A stretch of DNA of 64,000 nt from a virus. The first letter of the stretch is position 1. Each line of letters opens with the position of its first letter. This document shows positions 46,352-55,436 of this stretch, piece by piece. The stretch lies in the IMG/VR virus record IMGVR_UViG_3300006793_000013; one strand, 5' to 3'. Below the pieces are notes generated by a model. It saw only the letters and a list, made by a program, of their open reading frames with translations. It ran no database searches and was not told the DNA's origin. The position numbers and the translations under genes are program-made.

Positions 46352-47423
46352 AATCTGATTGTTGTAAATTTATGTTATATCCGTTTTGTTGATCTAATGT
46401 TAATTCTACTTGCATACCTGTTCCGCTATCACGTCTAAACACCCAGTTAGGATTTTGATTGTATAACTCGATACCTGTAACAGGATCTTTTCCGTATATT
46501 TCTTTTGCTTTTGTTTTAGATAGTTGTCCACCTAGTACCTTTGCTAACATTTGATTAAGTTGATCAAGTACATTAGCAAGGAAGTTTTGATCCAAATAGT
46601 TTGCATCTAATTCTGTTTGCCACATTTCCGGATCCTCATCAAGTTGGTTTACATCTAATCCGTCGTACTCTAGGAAGTCAAATCCTAAGAAGTCTGCTAG
46701 TTCTACTGCTCTTTTTCTTTCTATCTCGTACTCGACTTCTTTAGGCCTACGGATAATAAGCAGGTTATCAATAAGTGATTCATTGATGTCAATTATAATA
46801 GGATCTAAAGGACTTGTCTCTGGTACATCTACTACTGTTGCTTGAAATGCTTTGTTTAGAATAACCTGACCAGCATCTGATTCTACTGATATTTCTCCTA
46901 CAACACAGATACGCTTTGTTCCTACTGCCGAACAACTTGGTAAAAGAATAATTGTTGAACTTCCTGTTTCATCAACAGTCATTGTAAAGTCAGTACCGCG
47001 TACACCAATAGTAGCGGTTGGTGTAGTGATTTTTATATCTTGCCTACTGTTCTTTGCAATCTGTCCTGATGCATATCTAATAGTTCCAAAAGATGCTTTG
47101 AGGGCAAGTTTACCTTTTGAAGTATTAGGATCATATACAAATTCATCAATAACTAGTTTACTGTTTTGTGTTACATCAACTCTAGTTTCATCCACAAATT
47201 CTATAGCAGTTTTACCCTGACCTGTACGAACGGTATCGTAACTTACTATAGTACTACCTTTTTCAGAAGTTAGTTTTTCTCCTGCTTGTCTTTCGATAAT
47301 AGTATTACCAACCTGCTGGGTTACGTTTCCGATAGAAGCAACATTTGCCATCGCGGGTACGGTGATAGTTAGACAAACCATCATACCTGCACGGAGCAGC
47401 ATTTTGTCCAGCAGCCGGATCAT
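46290..47423 (-). CDS. FecR-domain periplasmic protein
   Basis: YDTVRTG...IEFVDETRVDVTQNSKLVIDEFVYDP...TPTATIGVRGTDF. Confidence 0.88.
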   Translation of the reverse strand: MIRLLDKMLLRAGMMVCLTITVPAMANVASIGNVTQQVGNTIIERQAGEKLTSEKGSTIVSYDTVRTGQGKTAIEFVDETRVDVTQNSKLVIDEFVYDPNTSKGKLALKASFGTIRYASGQIAKNSRQDIKITTPTATIGVRGTDFTMTVDETGSSTIILLPSCSAVGTKRICVVGEISVESDAGQVILNKAFQATVVDVPETSPLDPIIIDINESLIDNLLIIRRPKEVEYEIERKRAVELADFLGFDFLEYDGLDVNQLDEDPEMWQTELDANYLDQNFLANVLDQLNQMLAKVLGGQLSKTKAKEIYGKDPVTGIELYNQNPNWVFRRDSGTGMQVELTLDQQNGYNINLQQSDFETRDYSLGDGSNDIDIIQK

Positions 47424-47427
47424 ATAG

Positions 47428-48195
47428 TTAATCCGTTTGCGTAATATCTATTTTAGCATCGTTTCCTACAGTAGTAAGACTCAACACTTTATCTTCAACA
47501 CCTGTTTGTGTAATGTTCGCAATCGAACCACCACCTTTCATATCAACTGTCATACTGTGACCGTTAGCATCGCCAGCGCCTGATTGTGTAATTGCAACTG
47601 TGTTAGCAACACCACTTTCAACTGATGAACTTGATGATGTAGTACCGCCAGCGCCAACACCTGTTAGTGCTGTTGAGCCATCGTTACCCATGTCAAAGTT
47701 TAAATCAGCATTTTTAGCATTAAGTGTAAAAGTTAGAGTATCTGCATTACCATTGTTATCTAGATCAATTGTACCCACAAAGTTCTGTGCATCTCCTGAT
47801 CCGCCAATTGTTGCTGTAATGTCAAATGAATCACCTACTGCATCAATGCTTAATGATACTGTTTCACAGTTATCTGCTCCACCTGCATCACAGTCTAAGT
47901 CAACTGTACTGCTATCACCAGTTAAGTTAATGTTACCGGTATAGGTATTACCTTTAATGGTAGTTTCAATGATGTTAGAGTCACCTGTTTGTACTACAGA
48001 AAACGTCATGTCATTACCTTGTAACGTAACTCCTGTTGTATTATTACCTAATACGTTATTTGTTCCGTCTTGTGTTATATCTAAGTCTAAGTCATTACCA
48101 GACTGCTGTATGTATATGTCATTCGCATACGCTGGGAATATCAGCCCTAAACTTAATATAAAAAGACTACTTGCTACTATTGTCTTTATCTTCAT
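47428..48195 (-). CDS. Curlin-like secreted repeat protein, CsgA-like
   Basis: Signal peptide (AYA|ND); IQQSGND, TQDGTNN, VQTGDSN, TQSGAG, TQTG repeats. Confidence 0.75.
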   Translation of the reverse strand: MKIKTIVASSLFILSLGLIFPAYANDIYIQQSGNDLDLDITQDGTNNVLGNNTTGVTLQGNDMTFSVVQTGDSNIIETTIKGNTYTGNINLTGDSSTVDLDCDAGGADNCETVSLSIDAVGDSFDITATIGGSGDAQNFVGTIDLDNNGNADTLTFTLNAKNADLNFDMGNDGSTALTGVGAGGTTSSSSSVESGVANTVAITQSGAGDANGHSMTVDMKGGGSIANITQTGVEDKVLSLTTVGNDAKIDITQTD

Positions 48196-49201
48196 TATCG
48201 CTCCCTTGACTGTCTATTTCATCAGCCAACTTTTTAATTAATGGATCGTTATGCCAACACATGTTGTCTGCGTCACAATAGTAACCTGTTACACCTGGAT
48301 ACTGCTTAATAAATTCATCTTCTGGTAATTTAATAATAGCATCATGTCTCTGGTGTATGGTCGGACGCGACTCCGGTATAGGCATACTCTCTAGTTCATC
48401 TTCCCTCACGAACTTCCAAAGTTTCTTCTCTTCACCTTTCATTATCAACTCAACTATTGCTGCTTCAATTGCTGTACGAACTGCATAGTTGGTTGGCTCA
48501 TTTACTGCTGCGCCTACTTCAATTTCAAGTGCCTTAGTGCCTAAATCTAAGAAACGAAATACATCGCCTCCGCTACTATAACTTGCAATTTTCTTTTCAG
48601 TTGCCACGCTTAGGAGTACTTCTCCTGTTTGTGTACTGATAATGCGCATCGCCACAGTAACTTGGTCTGTTCTATAAGATGTCTGACCGCCAATGCCAAA
48701 ATATCTAGCACCAACACCCCCACTCTCCATATTAGAATCGTAGCCAACAACTCCACCTTCTAATATCAGCCCCGCAAAGAGCAGTGGTTTTAAATCAGTC
48801 GGATCGTTTTCGTAAACTTCTCTAGTTGATCTAATTAACTGTCTTTCTTTAACTAGATTATCTAAGCCTACTCGTTCCACAACTTGGAACCACTTTCCTC
48901 CACCCACTTCTTTCAGAGCATTTATAACCCAAACCTCAGCACCTTGAGTAACCGCACTACTGAGCTGACTAAAACTGTCATTAGGCTTACGTTGCCCTGT
49001 TTTGTCTAGAAAACTGTAAATTGCAATTGTTATTTTTGGTCCATCGATAGCTGGCACGGTCTCCAATACACTTTGGTATGGACTTTCCGCTTTCACGGGT
49101 GGTGTCCAATCCTTCTTTGTATAGGTGGCCGCGCAACCTGTTATTGCTATAGCCAGGACCACAAATAACAAACTTCTAATTAGCTTTTTCAATCCTGTCA
49201 T
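48167..49201 (-). CDS. csgG: Curli secretion channel lipoprotein CsgG
   Basis: Lipobox ITGC; IYSFLDKTGQRK, LSSAVTQG, VERVGLDNLVKERQLIR, EGGVVGYD. Confidence 0.93.
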   Translation of the reverse strand: MTGLKKLIRSLLFVVLAIAITGCAATYTKKDWTPPVKAESPYQSVLETVPAIDGPKITIAIYSFLDKTGQRKPNDSFSQLSSAVTQGAEVWVINALKEVGGGKWFQVVERVGLDNLVKERQLIRSTREVYENDPTDLKPLLFAGLILEGGVVGYDSNMESGGVGARYFGIGGQTSYRTDQVTVAMRIISTQTGEVLLSVATEKKIASYSSGGDVFRFLDLGTKALEIEVGAAVNEPTNYAVRTAIEAAIVELIMKGEEKKLWKFVREDELESMPIPESRPTIHQRHDAIIKLPEDEFIKQYPGVTGYYCDADNMCWHNDPLIKKLADEIDSQGSDNEDKDNSSK

Positions 49202-49656
49202 TAAAATCCAAATCCTGTCAACGGTACAGTAATTGTCGTAACGGTTCCATCTTCTTCTGTAATGGTGATGCTAATAGTATCTGTGGTAGTATCTTTTACC
49301 CAGTATATTATAGCACCTTCGATTTCAGCTGTGCCACTGTTAGCACCAGTATCATCGAACATACCGTCGACCAATTGCTTAGAAAGTTGCGCATAGATTC
49401 TACTCTCAACGTTGTTAAGAAACTTCGCTAAGTTAGTAGACTCTGCTTCACGCTTTGCTCTCGCAGCATCTGATTCAGCCTTGTCCTCAATATCTTTTTT
49501 ACGAGTGAACTGTAATTGTTCAATACTCAAGACATGGCTGGAGTACCCTTGACCTGAAAATGATGGATTCTTAAATTTAAAGACTTCATCGCCTGCAAGG
49601 GCAGGTGCTGTAGCCAGTAAACCCAGAATGATAGCTGTAGAAATTACATTTTTCAT
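49201..49656 (-). CDS. csgF: Curli assembly protein CsgF
   Basis: Signal peptide then VFKFKNPSFSG..., F..NVESRIYAQLSKQL; adjacent to csgG. Confidence 0.85.
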   Translation of the reverse strand: MKNVISTAIILGLLATAPALAGDEVFKFKNPSFSGQGYSSHVLSIEQLQFTRKKDIEDKAESDAARAKREAESTNLAKFLNNVESRIYAQLSKQLVDGMFDDTGANSGTAEIEGAIIYWVKDTTTDTISITITEEDGTVTTITVPLTGFGF

Positions 49657-49839
49657 AGATCGCTCCTAGTAGTTGTCGCGTCAACACTATTTATTAAGTT
49701 ATAGTCTAGGCAACATCTACGTACATATTTATCAATCAGGTGTAAAAATTTTTACACTAGCTATTGAAAAATGCCAAGTTTTCCAATGTTAACGCTACGT
49801 TATAAATACAATATCATAAGCACTGAGAAGGGAACATTT

Positions 49840-50082
49840 ATGAGCAAGGAACTTACTGAACAGGACGCGATGTGGGAGCTACTAGAAGAGACATTTCCAG
49901 GTAGCAAAGAACACAATTTAGTAATTAACTTACCTAACGAAATAGCAGAACTTGAAAAAACTAAACTTATACAAGTTTTAGAGTTTCACGATTGGAATAA
50001 ATCAAGAGCAGCCAAAGATTTGGGCATAGGCCGAACAAATCTAATTGCTAAAATAAAGAAATATGAGTTAGAGCAGGATTAA
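49840..50082 (+). CDS. Stand-alone Fis/NtrC-type HTH protein
   Basis: LEKTKLIQVLEFHDWNKSRAAKDLGIGRTNLIAKIKKY (HTH_8); TATAAATA at 49801-49808. Confidence 0.8.
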   Translation: MSKELTEQDAMWELLEETFPGSKEHNLVINLPNEIAELEKTKLIQVLEFHDWNKSRAAKDLGIGRTNLIAKIKKYELEQD

Positions 50083-51161
50083 GCAGATCCTGAAGATCTA
50101 GTAATATGCGTTTGCGGATATAGATTTCTAAATTCGCCGCTTATCGGATATGCTGTTGACATGTGTAATCTTAATCCACCTGCATTAAGAGAAGCATTGT
50201 CTGTGAAGTATACAAATTCGTATGGATTTTTAGTAAGATCAATCATTAAAATACCATCGTCATCTTTTGCTTCAATGTAGTTGTTCAATGCCATAACTGC
50301 ATAAATTTGTTTAGCAGGTTTTTCATTTCCTGCTACTACATTATCAACAAACTTTCCTTTCAATGAATCGTCTGGTAAGTTAGTAAAGATTTGATCTAAT
50401 ATATTTCTTAAATTGTTTTGAAAGCTCGGCTTCATGTTTGGCTCAACACTTTGACCAATTCTAATAATACTTGATAGACTAATACCTGTTCCAGTTTCTA
50501 ATTTCTGTGAATCAATAATGTCTTTGTATGCTTGTTTAAAATTATTTGCTGCTTGTTGATATCCTGATCCAGGTTTAACCTGTTGATCCATAAAGCGGCC
50601 TGCGCCACCCTCTCTAGTTTTAACTTCAACCATTTTACCATCAACTGATAAATCGCCTTTACCTGCTTTAGTAATACTTTTACTGAATACACTTAATAAG
50701 AATTCACCCTTACCTTGACCTAAGAATGAAATCATTGACAGGTCATCTGTCATTTCTTTAATAGCAGGATTAGAATCGTAGCCGTTAATAATATCTGCAA
50801 TAGTGTGGGCACCTGGTTCAGTAAGTTTATTGATGTTAACTAGTTTGTCGTTTTTCCAAGCAGTTAGTAGTGCGTTTTTATCTGTTTGACTTGCTTCTAA
50901 ACTTAAGAAATACTTTGCTAAGAGCTTTTGTGCTTTGTTAACTTCAGCATCATTAATTTGCTGTAATGCACCTTTTACAACTTCTACTCTACTACCAGCA
51001 CCAATGTTCGCTAATAGCTCTTCAATTTCCTGTAGTAATCCCATAGTCTTAGGATCAGTAGGAAGTTGCTTGATCTTAGATGCTAAGACCTTCTTTAGAT
51101 TCTCGACGTCTGGGTTTTCTGCCGGTTCTTCGTCTTCAAGTAAAAATTCAAATGCTCTCAT
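50079..51161 (-). CDS. Hypothetical protein with possible PD-(D/E)xK nuclease-like motif
   Basis: GKGEFLL...KGDLSVDGKMVEVK; TAAATA-TTAGT-ATG upstream (51167-51172). Confidence 0.5.
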   Translation of the reverse strand: MRAFEFLLEDEEPAENPDVENLKKVLASKIKQLPTDPKTMGLLQEIEELLANIGAGSRVEVVKGALQQINDAEVNKAQKLLAKYFLSLEASQTDKNALLTAWKNDKLVNINKLTEPGAHTIADIINGYDSNPAIKEMTDDLSMISFLGQGKGEFLLSVFSKSITKAGKGDLSVDGKMVEVKTREGGAGRFMDQQVKPGSGYQQAANNFKQAYKDIIDSQKLETGTGISLSSIIRIGQSVEPNMKPSFQNNLRNILDQIFTNLPDDSLKGKFVDNVVAGNEKPAKQIYAVMALNNYIEAKDDDGILMIDLTKNPYEFVYFTDNASLNAGGLRLHMSTAYPISGEFRNLYPQTHITRSSGSA

Positions 51162-51169
51162 ACTAATAT

Positions 51170-51868
51170 TTATCCAAGTTTAGGAAATAACATATCTGTG
51201 CAAAACTTGTCTACGTCTGCTTCGTTAAGTCCTAGGCTCTTCATAGTACGTGGAGTATGTGGATTTTGTTGCTGATTATGGCAGTAATAATCTTGTGAGG
51301 CTTGTACTAATGCAATATCGCCTTCACCTTTAGTAAGACCTACTTCAGCAAAATATGTATGTAAATTATCTAATGCAAGATCGATTATAGCAACTGCTTC
51401 TTCTTCTGTGCTTACATTGCCGGCAGCAATCATGCTTGGACTAAAAATGTTCTGAGCCCATTCAGGTAGTTCACGTTTTTTGCTAGGAATAAAATCTTCT
51501 ACTGCTTCTGCGTAACCTTGTATCATAGGATGATTAGGATCACTACTAGCACTAACATCATGAAATGCACCAGTCATTTTCTTCTTACCTGCTATAACAT
51601 CAAAGCCGTAAATAGGTGCTGGGTTATCTAATGTTGGAAAAATGCACACATGCATCATCCAAAGGCCTTTTGTATCGCGAGCGTCTACAACATCAATATG
51701 AGCCCTACGAATATCGTCGTTACGCCAAACACGGTTAATCCAACTACCGTCTGGTTTATTAAAGTAATCAAGTCCGGGCTCTTCGAACTCTGTTGCTTTG
51801 TCATCAAAAATTTTGATAATCTCATTTTGACAGTCAATTAGTCTGTCCCATATAACACTATCTGTCAC
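51170..51868 (-). CDS. pcyX: Ferredoxin-dependent bilin reductase, PcyX/PcyA type
   Basis: RRAHIDVVD..GLWMMHVCIFP, PIYGFDVIAG, GAFHDVS, LPEWA.IFS, YC..QQQNPHT; coupled to heme oxygenase. Confidence 0.85.
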   Translation of the reverse strand: MTDSVIWDRLIDCQNEIIKIFDDKATEFEEPGLDYFNKPDGSWINRVWRNDDIRRAHIDVVDARDTKGLWMMHVCIFPTLDNPAPIYGFDVIAGKKKMTGAFHDVSASSDPNHPMIQGYAEAVEDFIPSKKRELPEWAQNIFSPSMIAAGNVSTEEEAVAIIDLALDNLHTYFAEVGLTKGEGDIALVQASQDYYCHNQQQNPHTPRTMKSLGLNEADVDKFCTDMLFPKLG

Positions 51869-52406
51869 CTTTATGCTCCATCAACTCTTTGAAAAGTTCA
51901 GTAGCAAAGTCAAAGCAAACTTTTGCTTCGTCTGCCATATTATCATTACACTTCGCTCTAATCTTATCTTTGTAATCGTTGATGTCAACATCTCCAAACT
52001 TATACATTTCACCATTACCTGGTATACGTTTTGCAATCATCTGTCCGCCGCTTAGGTCTCCCATGTGTCTAACATAAACATGAGCCATTAACCTATTAGG
52101 GTCATTCATGATCTCTTTCAAATACATTACATACTTGTGAGTAGTTTTTAGTGTAGGTGGCCTGTCTTCTTTTTTCCATAGTTCTAAGAAGTCAGTCATA
52201 ATTCTTTTTGAACGTATTAGTTCAGGTACGTCATCTAGTAAGCCGTGTTGTTGGGCCATTATCTCTAGTAGTTCATAGGCTGGAAATTGATTCCACAAAT
52301 AAAGAGCATAAAACTCTGGATCAATTTTTCCAGAGAACATAACCTTTACAAATTCTTGGCGTTCTGCGTTAGTATGATTTTCTTTTGTTAATTCTTTTAA
52401 GCTCAT
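51858..52406 (-). CDS. hemO: Heme oxygenase
   Basis: LKELTKENHTNAE (proximal His), AHVYVRHMGDLSGGQMI, EAKVCF. Confidence 0.92.
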   Translation of the reverse strand: MSLKELTKENHTNAERQEFVKVMFSGKIDPEFYALYLWNQFPAYELLEIMAQQHGLLDDVPELIRSKRIMTDFLELWKKEDRPPTLKTTHKYVMYLKEIMNDPNRLMAHVYVRHMGDLSGGQMIAKRIPGNGEMYKFGDVDINDYKDKIRAKCNDNMADEAKVCFDFATELFKELMEHKGDR

Positions 52407-52443
52407 CTGTGACTACTCCTGTACTTTGATATTATAGTAGTAG

Positions 52444-52767
52444 TTATCCACTCTGTTCCTCAAGGGTGAGTTTAAGTGGCGAGCCATTTATCCTAGCAAT
52501 CTTAGTTGCTTCTAATGCTTTTTGTTCGGCAATTTCAAAAACGTATTGACCAACAACTGCTGCACCATGGTTGTGTACTTCTAAAGTTTTCTTTTTAGCA
52601 CTTTCTTCATCATGTTTGAACACTGCCTTTAAAATGTCAATAACAAGTTCCATTGGTGTAAAGTCGTCATTCATAACAAGGACATGCCACATCTTAGGTA
52701 TTGAAACATCAATATCTATTTTTTCGTCAATGACTGCGTCTGTTTTAGTACTCATTACTTTCTCCAT
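52444..52767 (-). CDS. clpS: N-degron adaptor ClpS
   Basis: WHVLVMNDDFTPMELVIDIL, TLEVHNHG.AVVG, AEQKA, PLKLTLE. Confidence 0.93.
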   Translation of the reverse strand: MEKVMSTKTDAVIDEKIDIDVSIPKMWHVLVMNDDFTPMELVIDILKAVFKHDEESAKKKTLEVHNHGAAVVGQYVFEIAEQKALEATKIARINGSPLKLTLEEQSG

Positions 52768-52771
52768 AATC

Positions 52772-52793
52772 GGGGGAGTTGTTACACTCCCCC
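52772..52793 (-). terminator. GC-rich hairpin between hsp20 and clpS
   Basis: GGGGGAGT-N6-ACTCCCCC; weak U tract, may be a stabilising/processing hairpin. Confidence 0.4.
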
Positions 52794-52803
52794 TAGACAG
52801 TTG

Positions 52804-53265
52804 TTACTTGTCAGCTACTTTACCATCAATTGTAAGACCGTCATTGATCTTAATTTTCTTAGGTTGTAGCTCTTCTGGAACTTCACGTACTAAGTGAATG
52901 TTAAGCATACCTAATTCAAGGTTTGCATCTTTCACATCTACGTGTTCTGCAAGTGTAAACTCTCTACGGAAGTTTCTTCCGCCGATACCTTTGTGTAGGT
53001 AGTTTACTTTTTCGTCACCTTTAGGTGCAGTTCCTTCAATCTTAAGGACGTCTTTATCCTTTTCAATTGTCAAGTTATCCATACCAAAGCCAGCGACAGC
53101 GATACTAATCATGTATTCATTATCGTTGATCTGTGCTACGTTGTATGGGGGATACCCTGATCCTTTAGAATTTTCAAACATTCTGTCCATATCTTCGAAC
53201 ATTCTGTCGAAGCCTACAAAGTGTCTGTGGATTGAGGGTAAGTCTAGAGTTGTTATTCTTGTCAT
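52804..53265 (-). CDS. Small heat shock protein (IbpA/Hsp20)
   Basis: VGFDRMF, GYPPYNV, IAVAGF, YLHKGIGGRNFRREFTLAEHV, GMLNIHL..EVPEE. Confidence 0.95.
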   Translation of the reverse strand: MTRITTLDLPSIHRHFVGFDRMFEDMDRMFENSKGSGYPPYNVAQINDNEYMISIAVAGFGMDNLTIEKDKDVLKIEGTAPKGDEKVNYLHKGIGGRNFRREFTLAEHVDVKDANLELGMLNIHLVREVPEELQPKKIKINDGLTIDGKVADK

Positions 53266-53320
53266 AGTTTTTCTCCTTTAATAAGCAAGATTTAATTTAG
53301 GTTCCCTAATGGGCAACCAA
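53266..53320 (-). promoter_or_regulatory. ROSE-like RNA thermometer in hsp20 leader
   Basis: UCUUGCUU-AUU-AAAGGAGA hairpin places UUGCU opposite the SD; upstream hairpin GGTTGCCC-ATTA-GGGAACC. Confidence 0.65.
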
Positions 53321-53401
53321 CTCTGCACAAAAGAATCTGTCTTTCGTACACATTTATTTATCATTGAAAAATGATAAATCCGGTAAAATGGGCATAAAAA
53401 A

Positions 53402-54445
53402 TTATCCAAATGAACTAAACACCTGATTAACTTGTTGCGTACAACGTACAAAGGTAGTACATTTTGGCATATCTTTAATACGTCTAGCGCCAATGTATGT
53501 ACATGCACTACGTACACCACCCAAAATTTCAATTAGTTGCGGTGCTACTGGTCCTCTATGCGGTAGTTGTACTACCTTACCTTCTGCACCACGATATCCG
53601 TCTTTTCTGCTTCCGTGTTTAGCCATGGCAGCATCTGAACTCATACCGTAAAACTGTATTTTTCCATCTACTACTTTGCCTTCGGACTCGTCATATCCTG
53701 CTAACATACCGCCTAGCATAACAAAGTGTGCGCCAGCACCAAATGCTTTTGCTACATCTCCTGCATATACACAGCCGCCATCAGCAATAATGTGTCCACC
53801 AATACCGTTGGCTGCATCAGCACATTCAATAATGCCTGATAGTTGCGGAACACCAACACCTGTTTGCAATCTAGTTGTACAAACACTTCCTGGACCAATA
53901 CCGCATTTAATAATGTCAGCACCTCTAATGATAAGTTCTTCTGTCATTTCTCCTGTAATAACATTACCTGCGATAATAGTTTTATCAGGATACTGATCAC
54001 GAAGTTTCTCAATAAAGTCACCGTAGTTTTCATGATATGCATTTGCAACATCTACAGTAATAAATGGAATATCTGGATACATCGCAAGTACTGCTTTCAT
54101 AGTAGCAAAGTCTGGTGCATCAGGATCCCATATAACTCCTGTTCCTGTACAAACACTAAGGTTCTTTAATTTTAGTCCTTTGGCATTCTTTTGCCAATCA
54201 TCAATAGTGTAGTGCTTACGCATTACAGTAATCATGTTTTGTTCTTGTAATGCTTTTGCCATAGAAAAGGTACCAACCCCATCCATGTTTGATGCCATAA
54301 TAGGAACGCCAGTCCATGTTTGGCCACTATTGTGAAATTTAAATTCTCTGTTTAGATCGACGTTTCTTCGACTTTCTAATTTTGACCGCTTGGGCTTAAA
54401 AAGGACGTCTTTGTAATCCAATTTAATGTCTTGTTCGATTCGCAT
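53402..54445 (-). CDS. guaC: GMP reductase
   Basis: LDYKDVLFKPKRS, SNMDGVGTF, DVANAY, KCGIGPGSVCTTR, FYGMSS, EGKVV. Confidence 0.95.
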   Translation of the reverse strand: MRIEQDIKLDYKDVLFKPKRSKLESRRNVDLNREFKFHNSGQTWTGVPIMASNMDGVGTFSMAKALQEQNMITVMRKHYTIDDWQKNAKGLKLKNLSVCTGTGVIWDPDAPDFATMKAVLAMYPDIPFITVDVANAYHENYGDFIEKLRDQYPDKTIIAGNVITGEMTEELIIRGADIIKCGIGPGSVCTTRLQTGVGVPQLSGIIECADAANGIGGHIIADGGCVYAGDVAKAFGAGAHFVMLGGMLAGYDESEGKVVDGKIQFYGMSSDAAMAKHGSRKDGYRGAEGKVVQLPHRGPVAPQLIEILGGVRSACTYIGARRIKDMPKCTTFVRCTQQVNQVFSSFG

Positions 54446-54454
54446 ATTTGACAC

Positions 54455-55038
54455 TTATCCTCTCATGTTAGCGTATGGCTGAATAAACTTGCCATCGATG
54501 GTTGAACTTGATCTTAGTGTACGTAAAACATTTTGTACACCGACTGCTTGATTCCATGCATCTTCAAGTGCATGGTGTGCAAGTACTGGTGGCCTGTGAG
54601 GATTGATACCAATGTCAAACAATGTTCTCGTATCTCGCACTTGCCAAAAATTCCAAGGGCATAACTTTTCTAGTTTTTGAAATATGTGTTCACAGATTAC
54701 TACGTCAAAACTAGCACCATGACTCCAAACACGTTGGGCACCCCAACAAAATTTGTATAGTCCATTCATTGCTTCAGCGATAGGTATTCTCCTTCTGTAC
54801 TGAATGCTTCTTCTTGTGCGGCCTTACTCTGTTGACCCCACCATGCTAGTGTTGATTCTGATGTTGTAAGACCGAGTGCATCACAACTGTCCAAGTCAAC
54901 TTTTACGTAGAACTTTTCTGCTGATTTTTGTACTTGATCTTCTCCGAACGGATCGAACTTAACTGCACCAATTGTTAGTACGGTCGCAGTTGGAAGTACA
55001 TCAAGTGTTTCCAAGTCGATCATTATATCTGTTCTCAT
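54455..55038 (-). pseudogene. DEDDh 3'-5' exonuclease split into two ORFs (54766-55038 and 54455-54769) by a 1-nt frameshift near 54791
   Basis: ExoI IDLET in ORF1; ExoII SHGASFD and ExoIII HHALEDA in ORF2; shifting frame after ...AFSTEG gives RIPIAEAMNG continuity. Confidence 0.75.
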
Positions 55039-55073
55039 TTTATGCCTTTGTGTGTATGTTAATTTACTGTATA

Positions 55074-55102
55074 ATTATAGCAGAGAGTTATGGCGTTGTC
55101 AA
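55074..55102 (-). promoter_or_regulatory. Perfect sigma70 promoter TTGACA-N17-TATAAT
   Basis: Upstream of exonuclease/guaC. Confidence 0.8.
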
Positions 55103-55115
55103 CCGGTAAAGTTGA

Positions 55116-55436
55116 CTAATGTCCTCTTTTTCTTTTGGGAGTACCTTGCTCTAATTCACGCTCTTTTCTACGCCAACGTGCAACTGCTGCCGCTTTGGCC
55201 TTTTTGCGTTTTTCGCTAGGTTTTGTATAATATTCACGTTCACGGATTTCTTGCATTAATCCATCACGTTCAATCTTCTTTTTTAATCTACGGAGAGCCT
55301 TGTTGACATCTTCACCTTCTCGCACTGTAACAGCCAATCCTTCAGGATCAGGTGTCCACTGTTTTCTAGGTTTATTTTGATGGCCTTTATTTTGCCATTG
55401 CTTATTTACGTGCTTTCGGTTTCTATCATATGCCAT
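55116..55436 (-). CDS. rpsU: Ribosomal protein bS21 with N-terminal extension
   Basis: VTVREGEDVNKALRRLKKKIERDGLMQEIREREYYTKPSEKRK..KAAA..R. Confidence 0.92.
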   Translation of the reverse strand: MAYDRNRKHVNKQWQNKGHQNKPRKQWTPDPEGLAVTVREGEDVNKALRRLKKKIERDGLMQEIREREYYTKPSEKRKKAKAAAVARWRRKERELEQGTPKRKRGH

